A program made the translations under genes and the position numbers. This document shows positions 20,441 through 33,513 of a stretch of DNA of 64,000 nucleotides, in pieces. The stretch lies in assembly GCA_023920165.1 (NCBI GenBank), contig CP089276.1:3162001-3226000 (forward strand), in the 5' to 3' direction. Source of the DNA: Curvularia clavata. Its lineage: Eukaryota. The notes beneath the pieces are model-generated. The model was not told the origin of the DNA, ran no database searches, and was given only the letters and a program-made list of their open reading frames with translations. The number at the start of each line of letters is the position of its first letter. The first letter of the stretch is position 1.

Positions 20441-21433
20441 CTAGGAACAGGCTGTGCATGCAGCCCGCGCCGCGGCTTGCATCGCGTGGTCGAGTCGAGT
20501 CCGGTCCGCCAACGACGCAGGAATCATAGCTGGGTGCGTTCGCAGCGATTTGATATCATATCACGGGCAATAATGGCGGCCATGTGCAGGCAACAAAAGC
20601 CTTTTCACTGATAGCGGAGATTGGGAACTGCTCTGCTGCCCTATGCGGCTTCCCGCCACAGATTGCCAAGGCCACCCGCAGCTGCTTGTTTTCAGGCAAC
20701 GGGCGTCGCGCTTGCTCTTTTGGCCGCACAGGCAGGAACCACGCAACCTTGACGTCTGCATGCTCACCCTCTCGCTCGGCTGGGCAGGCTGGGATTGGGG
20801 CTGGGGATTGATTGCGACGCGCCAGCATACATACGAAGGGGCCAAGACAAGACACGACACGAGACGACACGTCTTCTACGAGTCTTGCAGCGCATCCAGC
20901 TGGTTGTGCAGCCAGTGTGCAGTGCGTATCAGTGAAGACGGTGGTGTGCCAAAACCTGTTGGGGAGACTGGATTGGCCGACGTCACCAGTGGGTTCGCCG
21001 GCGGCTCCTTTGAGCGTTGGCGCATCGCGTTTCCTGGGTGAATTGTAGCCTGCTAGCGTCGGCGGGCACAGCAGTCGCGCCCCGTCAGCCTCCGTCGTAC
21101 CAGCCCGTCTTACCCGGCTAACGCATCTTGCCTGCTTGCATCCTGTCCTGCCCTGCCTATCCACCTTTGCTTTACTCTACTCTACCCTCCCGTCTGCTGT
21201 CCCTCCTGCACCTCAACCCTCGCCCGCCCTGCGACGCGCCCTGCCCTACTTTCTTTTTCGCTGCCGTGCAACACAAACCACTGCGCCAATCGCCCTGGCC
21301 CGTGTCCTCCAACCAACCCACGGTCCTCGCCCCAGCAATCTGCGAGTGATCCGCAGAGCGGTGCGCAGCCGCGCCTGACGTCTTCGCTTCTTGCTGCAAC
21401 GTCTGTAGGAAAAAGCTCGTTTCATCGCCCAAA

Positions 21434-23426
21434 ATGGCATACCATCAACAACAAACTTGGCCGCTTGGCCAAGGTCAATACTCCGACGCCGCCCCCTCTG
21501 ACGACACTCCACCCCCTCCACCCGTCCATCGCACGCCGGTTGGCATGCACCCCGACTCCCAGTACCAGCACATGAACACGCAGCGCCAGTATCCTGACCC
21601 AAATAACTACTCCGACTACTCGGTGCCTGGCCTAGCTCCAGGCTCAGACAACATGGCCGGTCCTGCTCCTTCAGGACGCCCGCTCGGAGTTCCTGCACAC
21701 CTGTCGCCAGTCTCGCCAGTCTCGTCCAGCTCGCCCTTCAACGACCACAACGCCTACGACTCGCCAGCAGTGCCACGCCCTATGCATTCGTCGCGCTCAA
21801 ACGGTTCCGGCGGAGCCCTCGCGCCTGGCATGTACTCGAGCGACAGCTCCCTGCACAGCGGCCACGCCTACTCCGACACGCCCTACACCCGCTATTCGTC
21901 ATCCGCACAGAACCTCGCACCGCAAATGGGCCAGATTAACCCGTACGAAGTCGACAACGACGACGACTGGGGAATGGGTCCCAACGAAGCCGCCACTCAG
22001 AACAAGCGACGGTCATTTGTCCCATTCGGCGGTTCGCGCGACGCCAGCAGTCGAAATGGATCTCCTGGATCCTCGATAAACAACGGCGCAGCGGGCGCAG
22101 GCGCAGGCGCTGCTGCCTATGCTGCAACTCGCGATGGCGGCAAGTATGACGTAGTCCCCATGGTCAACGGAAGCGGCGAGCTCGTACCAGAAAAAATTGC
22201 AAGTTGGAAGGCCGAGGATGACTTGAAGAAGCGCAAGAGGAGAATGTGGATAGTCATCGCCATCATTGCAATCATAATGATGGGTGCTATCCTCGGTGGT
22301 GTACTAGGTGCCACCATTGGCAAGGGCGGTGGTTCTAGCAGCTCAGAAAAGGCTCAACAAGCCGCAAGCGACGTTGCAAAGGACAACAAGGATGACCTGG
22401 GCAAGAACTCGGACGAGATCAAGGCTCTGATGAACAACCCTAATCTGCACAAAGTCTTCCCCGGCATGGACTACACCCCGCTCAACACACAATACCCAGA
22501 CTGTCTCCACGTACCGCCATCGCAAAACAACATCACTCGTGACTTGGCCGTCATGTCACAGCTGACCGATTCCGTGCGCCTGTACGGTACTGACTGCAAT
22601 CAGACTCAAATGCTTATTCACTCCATTGAGCGCCTGGAACTCAAGGACACCATGAAGATCTGGCTGGGAGTCTGGCTTGACAGCAACGACACCACCACCG
22701 AGCGCCAGATCTCCCAGACCTGGGACATTCTCGACCAATATGGTTGTGACTATTTCAAGGGCATCATTGTCGGCAACGAGGTGCTTTTCCGAAAAGACCT
22801 TACCCAGACTCAGCTACTCAGCCACATCTCCGATTTCCGCAAGAACATTTCCGACCACAGCTGCCAGCTTCCTGTCGCCATGGCAGATCTTGGCGACAAC
22901 TGGACTGCAGACATGGCTACCAAGGTCGACATTGTCATGTCCAACGTCCATCCTTTTTTCGCTGGTGTCGATGTTAAGGAGGCCGCTGGATGGACCTGGG
23001 ATTTTTGGCAATCTCACGATGTAGCACTTACTGCAAGCTCAAACAGCATTCACCAGATCATTGCCGAAGTCGGCTGGCCGTCTGGAGGCGGCACCGACTG
23101 TGGTGGTGCCACGACTTGCACTGGAGGATCGGTCGCTGGTATTGACGAAATGAACCAATTCATGGAGGACTGGATATGTCCTAGCCTGAAGAATGGTACT
23201 GAGTACTTTTGGTGGGTTGAACTTTTTGCACATTGGATTACAACTACAAAACTAACCACCATCTAGGTTCTCAGCATTTGACGAGCCCTGGAAGATCAAG
23301 TTCAACGAAAAGGGCAAAGAGTGGGAAGACAAGTGGGGTCTCATGGACGTGAACCGCAACCTTAAACCCGGCCTCAAAATCCCAGACTGCGGCGGACAGT
23401 CGCTACCGAAATCGTACCAACACTAG
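21434..23426 (+). CDS. btgC: Type II membrane GH17 beta-1,3-glucanase/glucanosyltransferase (BtgC-like), 2 exons, 645 aa
   Basis: Disordered N-terminus, KKRKRR followed by a TM helix, [44 protein letters not shown]. Intron 23212-23266 yields [12 protein letters not shown]…WEDKWGLMD. Confidence 0.9.
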
Positions 23427-24973
23427 ACGAAGCGAAACGAGTGCATCATATCCACCATTTCTTCCCAACAAGAGTTATTGCATGACGGCATGGCGTTGGT
23501 TGGCGTTTTTTTTTCTTCTTCCTTTTCATCCTGCCGTGGGGAAAGTTTTCCCCTTGCGGATCTCCGGCATTATCATATCTGCAGCATAAGGAAGTTTGTC
23601 TTGTTTCCGAGGATGCGGCAGTGTATGAATATCTTTGCCCTGCGGGAAAAAAGGGGGCTCTGTATATTCGGGAACGTATATTGGGACTGAGGAGGCACAT
23701 CAAGGTGCTTATCTCGTCTTTGTTTGTTTTTTGCTTTCCTTTTTTGATTCCCGATCCGCGCGGTTATCTTGATCGGTTTTGGCTGGTGGGCTTGGGTTTG
23801 GCTGCTCCTCCTGGCAGAACTCATGCGGCGAACATGATAGGGAATATCCTCCTTTGTTTAATTGTTTCGCTGGCGGATTGATAGGTAAGAATATTTCCTT
23901 TTTTGTCGGTTGTGCTACAGGGAAATAATCTATCGGAGAATGGCAGACGGATATTAGAGTAGGATGAAGAGTGGGGGTGTGGGCCGTTGCGAGTTGGGCA
24001 AGGGCAAGGGCAGGAGGAAATATCAAAGTCTGTCTTGTATATATACGCACATACGAAGTTTTGGGTGTGAGGGAAAGAATTCAATCCGGCTGGCTGGTAT
24101 GGCTCTGTTTTGGGTTTCTCGGTAGTGAACGATATTCGGATTGATAATTTAGCTAGATACGATACGAATGATAGCATAGACTTGAACTAAACGACCTATC
24201 TTCTTTTCTTTTCTTCCTTTTTTTTTCTACATGCAGGGACCCGAATGTGGAAAAAGTATGCCGTGAACGCGTGGATACATATCTTTTTGCCCATGTACGT
24301 TCTTATCGTGAATTAATTTCCACTCCCTGCACATCACATCGCACAGCCTTACTTTCCTCCCTCTCTGGAGACGACTTGGAGACTTCGCTATCATTCTCAG
24401 TACATATACACACATACATATATGCGAAACATGTGCAACTGTCGTGTGTAACTAAACCCTCGACACCCTATCCCCTGCCCCCCTGCTTCCTTGTTCTGCT
24501 ACATGAGCACCGAGCACATACGCTGCGCGACAAGACACACGCACAACGGACGTACATACAGCATGCTGATGCTGATGCGCAGCGCTTATGCAGGGTACGT
24601 GACGTTCGTGTTTGTGTCGTGCATGTGTCACTCTTCTTGCTTTTTGGGTGGCGTTGGAGGCGTACATACTCGAGGCGTGGGCGTATGCAGGGTGCGTGGG
24701 GTTTTACATGGATGGGTAGGTGGTATATTGGAAAGGGAGGAATGAGATGAGATGGATGTCAGACCCGAAGTTAGTGACGGGTACAAGTTATTACTGCGCT
24801 GTTAACGATATGCTGAATACTTAAAAAAAACCTCGAGGACGAACGAAGCTCAGCGAACATCACAGTAGGAGCAGACCATAACTTGACATATACAACAGAC
24901 ATTACAATTTAAGCGTATATAATACAGGCCCCCAACTTTCCAATCTACCCATAGCACATTCAGCGCAAAGCAC

Positions 24974-25876
24974 CTACATCATCATCGCCTCCACCTCCAC
25001 AACCGCGGGGCCCGCAACAATCGTATCATCCGTAGCCGCAGTATTGCAACTCGTCAGAACCAAATAACTCTGACCCGTAACGCCCTCCTTCGGCACCATA
25101 ACCTCAAACCCATCCTGCACAGCCTTCACGTCCACAAACACGGACCCGGTCACTGTAATAAACGCCGCATACACCTGTCCCTCGATATGGTACTTTGGCG
25201 TCGAAACCATAATCGTATCGCCTGCTGAGATCATCTTCTTGCCCTCCATCGGCGCAGCAGCCAGAACCGGGAAAGCCTTTACAGGCAGCGGTGCATTAGT
25301 CTCAGGACACGACTTGATAAACTGTGCCGCGAGCGTGTAGACAGCGTTATAGCTCAGCGGATTATCAAACGGCGCAGGAAAAGGCTCAGAACCAATACTA
25401 TTCCTGATATACGCCGAGTGCCTTGCTTCAACAGTCAGGATAGACCCCGCAGCTGTCAAGTATGTCTTCGACATTATATCCGCTGCCGCGCCGAGATACG
25501 CACTCACACCGACTCCTTCGAGCACAGAGGCTGTAGCAAGAAATGAGGCCACGTCTTTGTACCCAAAGTCGTAAGTGCATGCTTCGACTGGCTTTGCGCC
25601 TGCGGCTGTGAGACCGCTGGTTAGGAATTTCACGTGCGCGGCTTCGTCAGAGGCGATGGTCTTGATGCGATTGTAGGTTTCAGAAGTGTAGTTTGCAGAG
25701 GTGAAGTCGGCGAGGGTGAATTTGGAGAGAGCTTGGGAGTAGAAGGTGTCTTCGAGGTGTTCGAGGGTTAGGGCGTAATTGAGGATTTCGGCGTCAGTGG
25801 GGCCATTGCTGCGCTTGATGGGAGAGGCAGTGGTGAGGGCTGCGAGAGCCGTGGCGGAGAGGATTGTGGACTTCAT
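24974..25876 (-). CDS. rds1: Secreted ferritin-like domain stress protein (Rds1-like), 300 aa
   Basis: Signal peptide plus KR; DAEILNYALTLEHLE, DEAAH, LEGVGVSAYLGAA, SILTVEARH. Confidence 0.88.
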   Translation of the reverse strand: MKSTILSATALAALTTASPIKRSNGPTDAEILNYALTLEHLEDTFYSQALSKFTLADFTSANYTSETYNRIKTIASDEAAHVKFLTSGLTAAGAKPVEACTYDFGYKDVASFLATASVLEGVGVSAYLGAAADIMSKTYLTAAGSILTVEARHSAYIRNSIGSEPFPAPFDNPLSYNAVYTLAAQFIKSCPETNAPLPVKAFPVLAAAPMEGKKMISAGDTIMVSTPKYHIEGQVYAAFITVTGSVFVDVKAVQDGFEVMVPKEGVTGQSYLVLTSCNTAATDDTIVAGPAVVEVEAMMM

Positions 25877-27574
25877 TTTTGGTATGAAGAGAGGATTTTG
25901 AAGGAAGTCAATGGGATTATTAGAAGAAACAGTGGTGTTCTGTTAATTAATGTTCAAGTGATGAAGTTGATAGACTTGATGCCTTTCTTTTCCAAGGCAA
26001 CCGCCTGCCTTATATCCATATCGTTTCTTCTCTACGATTCTGTTAGCCACGCTTTCCCCTCTCCTCACATCATCATCGTCATCTCCCGAATTTCTCGTTG
26101 GTCTTACTCCGCCCAACTCTCCAGCAAAACCTATGTTAGAACGGAGTCGATCCTATCCGACGCCAATTTGCTAGTGCAAGATCTCCAAAATCCCCGGTCT
26201 TCGGAACTTCCCACGACAGATCCATACCGCAATGGCTACATGTACGCCCGAATAGGAAACGGGAAGGCAACTCGAGTTTCCAGATCAGGGGAATACAGGG
26301 GCCGGCAGTTTGGTTGTTAGTGCGGAAGAAAGGCCCCCGCACGTTGTGGTTTGCTTAGTGTAGTGTACCACGGAATGCTGACCATCCGAGCAAACCACGC
26401 TATCCAAAGTGGGTAAGCTCGACAAGCTACGGACGACGAAGTACAATCTTTACCTTTGACTAGCATGGGAAGAGTAATTGCGGGAAGAAGATCGAGGTTG
26501 TTTGTTTGATCGTTGGAGGTTTTGTGGCACGGGAACGAGCTGCCGTGTTGTTCGAGAAATGATTTCCGGGGGACGTTGGGCAGAAGATGAATGACTTGGC
26601 CGTTTTCAGGACCTTTATCCTGTCATACCAGGGAGGTTAGACCAAGGAGTATGACGTAGCTGTCGCGAGCCGTGAATTGCACATCATCCGCGTTGCTCCA
26701 CATTACATTTGGAGTTTGTGGGAGCAGCGTTATGGCATACACAGAAAAGTAACAGACAGCGAAGCAGGAGCAATTCAACGACTCTCTCGCTCAAACCACG
26801 CCCTTCACAGTGCCATGAGCTAGTTGAAGATACTCAACATTATTAGCCTTGTGTAAAGAGTTCCAGAAACCCACGGTCTCCGAAATTTCCATTGCCAATC
26901 TCCGTTAAAAGCCTCCAACCTTGTCAAACAGAAAAACGTAATACAAACCCAACCTAATTACTCAAAGCAACCTTCTTCCCGTCTCTCCAATTCAATAGCC
27001 TTTAACACTACAAACCCGCCCACGGGAGTCCTCTACTCCGAGAAACCCAAAGCATGTGGCTTAGGACCGTCTTAGTCTACACTTCCCGCCCCAGCTCCAC
27101 CTCGATCACGCCCTGCAACCGCACCGCTACCCCGCACATGTATATTACAAAGAAAATTAACGTCCAAAGCTATGGTCCCTTCCTCAGCCATGACTTGTTA
27201 GCTTCCCGGCAGTCCTGTTCCCGAGGGAAGACGTATAGGGGTTTTGAGCCCAAGCACCGCCGACGGTATCTCTTTGCGGGAGCGCTAGATTGGTGCACTA
27301 GGCACTAGTAGTGTATAGAATGCAAAGTATCCGAGGCGGGAAGAAAGATGTAAGGCACGAAGCGGAGAAAGGTGAAAAGGGTAGACACGGCGAAGACAAA
27401 AAGTGAAGTGTTTTATTGCCATGACTTATTCGAATTGAACCTTGTTTATTTCCAAAAAGCTATCTGAATCAACAGAAATACGGAAGAATACCCGTTCCTA
27501 CCGAGAATAACATCCACCTCTCCTTCTCTCCTCAACCTCCCACCTTACCAATCCAAACACCAACAACAGCAATC

Positions 27575-27990
27575 ATGAAACCAAGCACATATCTCCTCAC
27601 CCTCTTCGCCCTCGGAGCAACTACCCTCGCCACAGAGTCCGTCCCCCACTCTCCCCTCTCCCTCTCCCTTACTAACCCTCCCCCAGCACATCCATGCCCA
27701 TGTCGACACTCACCATCCACCCCGGCTGCCCAAGTGCCGCTCCCGCAGACGCCATGGTAACGCGGTCTGCCGTCGCCGTGCCCTCCTGTGCCGCAGGTAA
27801 TGCAACCAAACCCATGATTGTCAGTATGTCGGGCGATATGACGATGACAATGACGGGAGGCGGACCGATGATGACGCCGAGTGCAATTATGAGTGGGAAT
27901 CCAGCGGAGTTTACAGGTGGTGCTACGAGAAAGGGTGTGGTTGGGGGTCTGGGAGTACTGGGGGGTCTGGTGGTGGCTTTGGTGGTATAG
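27575..27990 (+). CDS. Small Met-rich secreted, probably GPI-anchored protein, 2 exons, 121 aa
   Basis: Signal peptide MKPSTYLLTLFALGATTLA. Intron 27637-27686 (GTCCGT…ACTAAC…CAG) joins it to the 27694-27990 frame. C-terminal FTGGA + hydrophobic tail is typical of a GPI signal. Confidence 0.8.
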
Positions 27991-28388
27991 AATGCTAGGA
28001 GAGGTCGATTGGAGAGATGAGGCGCGAATGGGTAATGAGTATGAGGAGAGGGCGGTTTAATGTACACATAATTGATGCGGTTTTCACTTTAGCTGTGCGA
28101 GCATAGCAAAAGGGAGTGTAGCAATTGAGTCTATTGTCTCAACATTCTAGCCGAAGAACTGAGCGTCGCCGCGCCATCTCTATGAGTTCTACCAAAGGGA
28201 AGAAGAAAAAGAGCAATGAAAAATCAGTCTAGCTTTTCCAATGTCCACCACTCAACGCCGGTTGCCTCCCATATACCACATATCACGTTAATTCATACAA
28301 CATACCAATCATACCTTTTTTGAACCCTGACGCCAGAAAGAAAAGAAAAGCCCAACAACCAAAAGCCTCTATGTAAACACCAACCAGC

Positions 28389-30062
28389 CTAAGAGTCAAA
28401 CACCGCCCCATAAGCCGCACCACCCCACCCCTTGACCGTCTCAACCACCTCCCTCGTCACCTTTGGATTACTCACCACCATAACCGCTTCAAGCCCCGCC
28501 TCCTTCATCATGTAAGTAGTTTCACCCGCGACATCTGGCCTTCCCTGCTTGGAGTCGAAAATCCTTGGGTCAGGATCCACGGCGCGAATGATATCCTGGA
28601 CGAACTGCCAGTGCGGCGCATCCGGCTGGTACACACACCACATGACTTTGATCTTCTTGCCCTGGCGCTTCATGTCTGCGATGGCGGGGCTGCGGAGCAG
28701 AGACAGCATGGGCCCGATACCAGCGCCTGTGGCGACGAGCAAGAGCGAGTTGAAGAGCGGGGAGAAAGCCAGGAAGTTCATGGCGGCGGGCTTGCGGATC
28801 CAAATGTGGGTAGGCGGGGTTTTGATCATGGCTTTTGTCCAGTCGCCGGCTTGTGAAATCACAATGTAGGCGGATTCGCCGTCGGCGTTGGGGATGGTGG
28901 CGAAGGCATGCCATTCCATGATGGGGTTGAGCGAGAAGCGCATGGTAGATGTGTAAGGCATGTTTTTGAAGGGGAAGGTGAGCTTGACTTCGCGGGCTGA
29001 GACGAGTTCTGTGGTGATGGGCACTTTGCGCATGCGTGTCCAGGGGAGAATGATGATGAAGGTTGTGCCGGCGAGTAGCCAGACGGCCGCGTTGGCTTGC
29101 ATGGCTGGGCTTCCTGGTGCGCTGCTGGATACTCCGGCGTGGATCCAGAGGACGATCAGCGCGGTCCAGCCGCCAAAGCGGTGCGTGTGCTCGAAGGTGT
29201 TGTGGAACTTCACGCGGAGACGCGGGTGTGCGGTAACGCAGACAGCAAAGATGGCGAGAAGGAATGCGTAACAGGTTATAATGTCCACCCACATCGAGCC
29301 GGTGGTATTGCCTGCTTTTTGACTGTTGATGAAGGCAACCGTGTCGAGGTAGACGAAGAATGTGTACCAGAGCAGCGATGAGATGGCACATCCGATATCT
29401 GTAAGGGGATGTTAGAAGGCACCTAAGATCGTATTTGCGTCAGTGGACTTACGAAATCCGCCGTAGTGGTGAAAGTCTGCGATTATTTTCCCTAACCACA
29501 TCGGCAGGTTGGAAGACGTCTTGGCTACCAGAGTAAATGTAAAGTTGATGACGTCTTCTTGACGGACAACTACAGCGGCGAAGATATTGGCGGCCGTGGC
29601 AATCAGAGGTGCAGTCAAAGAAATGCGCTTGTATGTAGTGCCAAATACGATAAGGTTAATGGCAAAAGTCAGGCCGATGAGTACGCGGTAGGCTGAAAGC
29701 CAGTGAAGACTCAGAGCGCGTGCCCACTGTCGGTGTGTCCATCTTGTGTTTGGCAATGGAATGGAGGGTACAAGTGTTGTTGTTGACCCCATGCCTGACT
29801 TGCTGCCGACGTTCTTCTCGTCCAAGGGGCCATATGTCTTTGTTGATGTGGATTTGAGACTCTCCTGAGACGAGTTGGGAGAGATTGTTCGAGACTTGTC
29901 GGAGAAGCTCACTGTAGAGTGGTTGAGGGGTCTTGCGATCGAATCTGAGCTGTCTGTACGGAGCATTGCAGCTGGAGGAGACTGCAAATGGACAGATTGG
30001 CTAGAAGAGGGAAGTGACTGGCCGCATGGGCAGCCAGTGTTCGAGTCACTGTGTAGTGCCAT
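28389..30062 (-). CDS. TmpA-like integral-membrane flavoprotein (ferric-reductase-like TM region + FAD/NAD-binding), 2 exons, 539 aa
   Basis: Intron 29399-29452 gives FHHYGGFHIGCA; HNTFEHTHRFGGW, EWHAFA, AGDWT, VATGAGIGP, GRPD, VVSNP, AYGAVFDS C-terminus. Confidence 0.85.
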
Positions 30063-30995
30063 GGCAACAGTGGAAGCCTGAAATCAAGGGCGATGAGAGT
30101 GAAAGAAGACTTGTTTGCTGATGAAGCTGTTGATGATGCACTATTGCTGCTCTCCGTTGTGGACTTATATAAAATTTGCCCTCCATATTCATATTCCCCG
30201 TCGAGAAGACGCCGGTGTAGGCATTCTAATTTTGCTCATTCATAGTGTTCCTTCAGCCCGTAACGGTTTCAGCCAAAAATGTCTCACTGATTGGTAGCGT
30301 AGCCTCTGGATGATGACATGCGTTAAGCCAATGGTTAAGTCAGCACTACTGAGCTTCTCGAAGAATTGGGGCCAAGCTGGCGCAAGTTCGGCCCGCACCG
30401 TATGCGGATTTTCAGGCACGCAACCTCTAGTCATCCTAATTTGGAGTAGTATTTCTAAATGCGACATTGCGGTGCAGTACTTGTCGAGGCCTTGCATTCC
30501 GGTTAAGCGCCTCCGCTATCGCAGTTGCTATCACAATGCCTCCTGAGGCCAATCATTATTTCCAGATGGAACTGCGGGTCAGATCGGTGATCGCGATAGC
30601 TCGTGTAGTTTCAGTTGCACGATTTCACGTATTCGCCGCATTGTAACATAGCAACGTGGTCGTCACGCTTGTGCACGGACGTCTGGCCTACAGTGGCTTG
30701 GAAATTCACCCAAGTATAGATAGGTAGTGGATCTAGCGGCTGCATGACTAGGCATGAAAACTAGTCCCCTAGCCTCGAATTTACCGTGGCGGCAGTGGAC
30801 CATCGGAACTTTTAGAAGCAGAGAATGACCTGGAACAACCTCAACACCACTCCGCCATCGTGAGCTGAGAAATAATTTGGTCTGTGCATGCGATTGACAT
30901 CGCCCACAATAGATGCGTGAACGGAGGGAGCTGACTAGCTGAATACATACACGCAGTCCTGAACGGGGATTGAATAGAGGGCGGGTGTCACAGCA

Positions 30996-32159
30996 TTAGA
31001 GGCGACACAGAAAGGCCAGTAATTCCTCGACAACTTTCTTTGGCTGCTCCTGTTGAGGCCAGTGTCCTGCATCTTCGATGAAGCGAGCTCCACGAAAATC
31101 AGAACAAGAGTCTGGATAAGACTCGAAGGCTCCAGGCTGTTGATAGTTCCCCCAATCTTTTGCGCCGGAAATGAAGGTGCTCGGGCACTCAATTTTCTTG
31201 CCTGCAAAGAGTTCTAAATCTTTCATATTATTCGGATCAGTGGTGATGCGATAGTAGTTGAGACCGCCCTGGAAGCCTGTTCGCGACCACTCCTCCACGT
31301 AGACTGCAAGGTCTGAGTCAGGCATCCACGTCTTGGTTGCCGAAATGTCCTGGCTGGTCATCATGTTAGCAATTGTTTCGGGCATGGATAGTCGAAGTGG
31401 CATGATGTAGTAGAACGGGAGCTTTGCCAGCTCTTGGGCGGTCCAGCCGCTGAGAGGGTGAGGCGCATTCTCTTTCCAGGCGGCTGATTTGACGTGGATG
31501 TAACCTCTTAGGAATTCTTGCAAACCCTGAGCAGGGTTTGCCCAGTCCTGTGCTGCTATGCTAGTGCTGTTGTACCACTTGTAGTGCTTTCTTGGCTCAG
31601 CTAGGCTGGCTAGCTCAGCTTGAATGTCGAGTGGCGGTGCAGCGCGTTGTTTGCTCTCATCATGAGCTATGTTGAACGGAAGAGGCTCCGGAGCTTTAAA
31701 TGGATGGCTCATCATGACCACACTTCTGAAAAAATCAGGACGCATTAAAGCGCACATGCTTGCTGTTACTGCTCCGAAGTCGTGGCCGACGATGCATTTG
31801 ACCTGGCGGTAACCCAGAGCGTTGACCAGAGTGACGACGTCGCGGACGACATTGGTTAATGCAAATTGCGACAAGTTGGTGTTGACAAAGGATGAATTGT
31901 CCCAGCCAGTTGTGCGTCCGTATCCTCTCTGGTCAAAGGCTACGACATGGTAGCCTGCATCAGCAAGAGGCGGAATTATCTTCCTCCACGAAAATGCAAG
32001 CTCCGGAAAACCATGGCAGAGAATGATGAGAGGTTTGTCCCGATTTGGCGTATAGCCAGCCTGAACAATATGAAAAGTGAGTCCGTTGGACGGGCAGTGG
32101 ATATAGTCTTCGGTGATGCCGTCTGGCAGCGGTAGAGGGGGCAGGCGCGAGGCTGACAT
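30996..32159 (-). CDS. Epoxide hydrolase-like alpha/beta hydrolase, 387 aa
   Basis: HGFPELAFSWR, DQRGYG, GHDFGA nucleophile, GGLNYYR, AGHWPQQEQP. Confidence 0.92.
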   Translation of the reverse strand: MSASRLPPLPLPDGITEDYIHCPSNGLTFHIVQAGYTPNRDKPLIILCHGFPELAFSWRKIIPPLADAGYHVVAFDQRGYGRTTGWDNSSFVNTNLSQFALTNVVRDVVTLVNALGYRQVKCIVGHDFGAVTASMCALMRPDFFRSVVMMSHPFKAPEPLPFNIAHDESKQRAAPPLDIQAELASLAEPRKHYKWYNSTSIAAQDWANPAQGLQEFLRGYIHVKSAAWKENAPHPLSGWTAQELAKLPFYYIMPLRLSMPETIANMMTSQDISATKTWMPDSDLAVYVEEWSRTGFQGGLNYYRITTDPNNMKDLELFAGKKIECPSTFISGAKDWGNYQQPGAFESYPDSCSDFRGARFIEDAGHWPQQEQPKKVVEELLAFLCRL

Positions 32160-33513
32160 GATGGGCTATCACGTGAGAGCAACCGATATGACAGCAGACG
32201 AGGAGTGGGTGAAGCTACAGGTGAGGATTTATTGGCGCTGGTATTTTATCGACACAGAAGCGCTCGACCTGGTGGAGGATTCGGATGGGTTGTTGGTGAT
32301 GTGGGGGAGGATCTGCGAGGGGGCTGATAGATAGACGAACACGCCAATTTTACATAGCCGATGTATCTTACCTGCAGGAGTACCTATTCTTGTTGGCGCC
32401 AAGCGCAGCATTCAGGCCAGCTATGTGTTGGATGGATGGGGAATGTGGATAATATCTGGACTTGATACAACTTGATTCATCTCTAACCCCTGTTGTCTAC
32501 TTTTCTCTGCAACGGTCTTGATAAACTCCCTGGCCCCCGGCGGCAAGCAAAAAGCTCCGTAGTAAGCATACCCGAAGCTTTCTCATCTTGCCTAGTGCGA
32601 CCAGCGTTCGCCAATTCAGAACCTACATGGTCCGACTCGTGTAGCCGCCCGATAGGCGAAGCAATGAAACAGGCTCAAGTGGGACTTGGGCAAGAAAGAT
32701 GGCTTGTTTCTGTTGAGATTCAGTGGAGAAGAGTTTATGCACCCAGGAAGTAGCTGATGATCTGGCTGGGTGAATAACAAGCCCTCCCTGGCAAGACAGT
32801 GGACAGTACACGCCCCGCTGGTCCCTGTTTAATGCTTGCAATCTTGTCACCTTGCTCATCCAGGCCATTCGCTCCGATTGCTCGTCAAGATCAACACGGC
32901 AGTCGTCCTGCTCGCCCAGCACCGCCATGTCGATCTGCGTTAAGGTTGCTCTAGTCGATGCCCTTGTAGGGCCAAGTAGAGGCCGGTACTGCAAATCAGG
33001 GACCGTCGTGACGTCTGTGGCTGGTCCGGCTCTAGACTGGCCGAGTCGGGCGCCGTCTTGGTGTCGGTGGTCTGGGCTGCGCAATCTGACGAGCAGGTGT
33101 TTGATGTCGTTGCTGCGTGACGACACTCGTCCGAGCTTGTGTGTTTTTTTCCTTGACGGCCTCATTAGCCCTAGGCCATCCATCATCTCGCCTGCCTTAC
33201 TCCATGAACGACTCCACCCGGCCCAGATAAACGATCTCCTTCTCCGTCCCCATCCGCGCCCCCCTCGCGGTCCGCAATCCTTCGTCGTGCCCTCTGCGCT
33301 GTCTCTCCCTTGATTTGTTTTGTCCAACGCAATTGGCCTTGCACGCTCCTTGACCCAATCCCGCGCGGTTCCGTGGTCCAACCGTGACATCATCCAAGCG
33401 ACCCTTGCGGCCTGCTCAACCCCAGACCGACAACACCTCCCAGCGTACTGGAGACCCCGAAATAATGCAGATCCATCCCCTGCTGCTGTAATTCCTAATC
33501 CAGCCCATCCACC

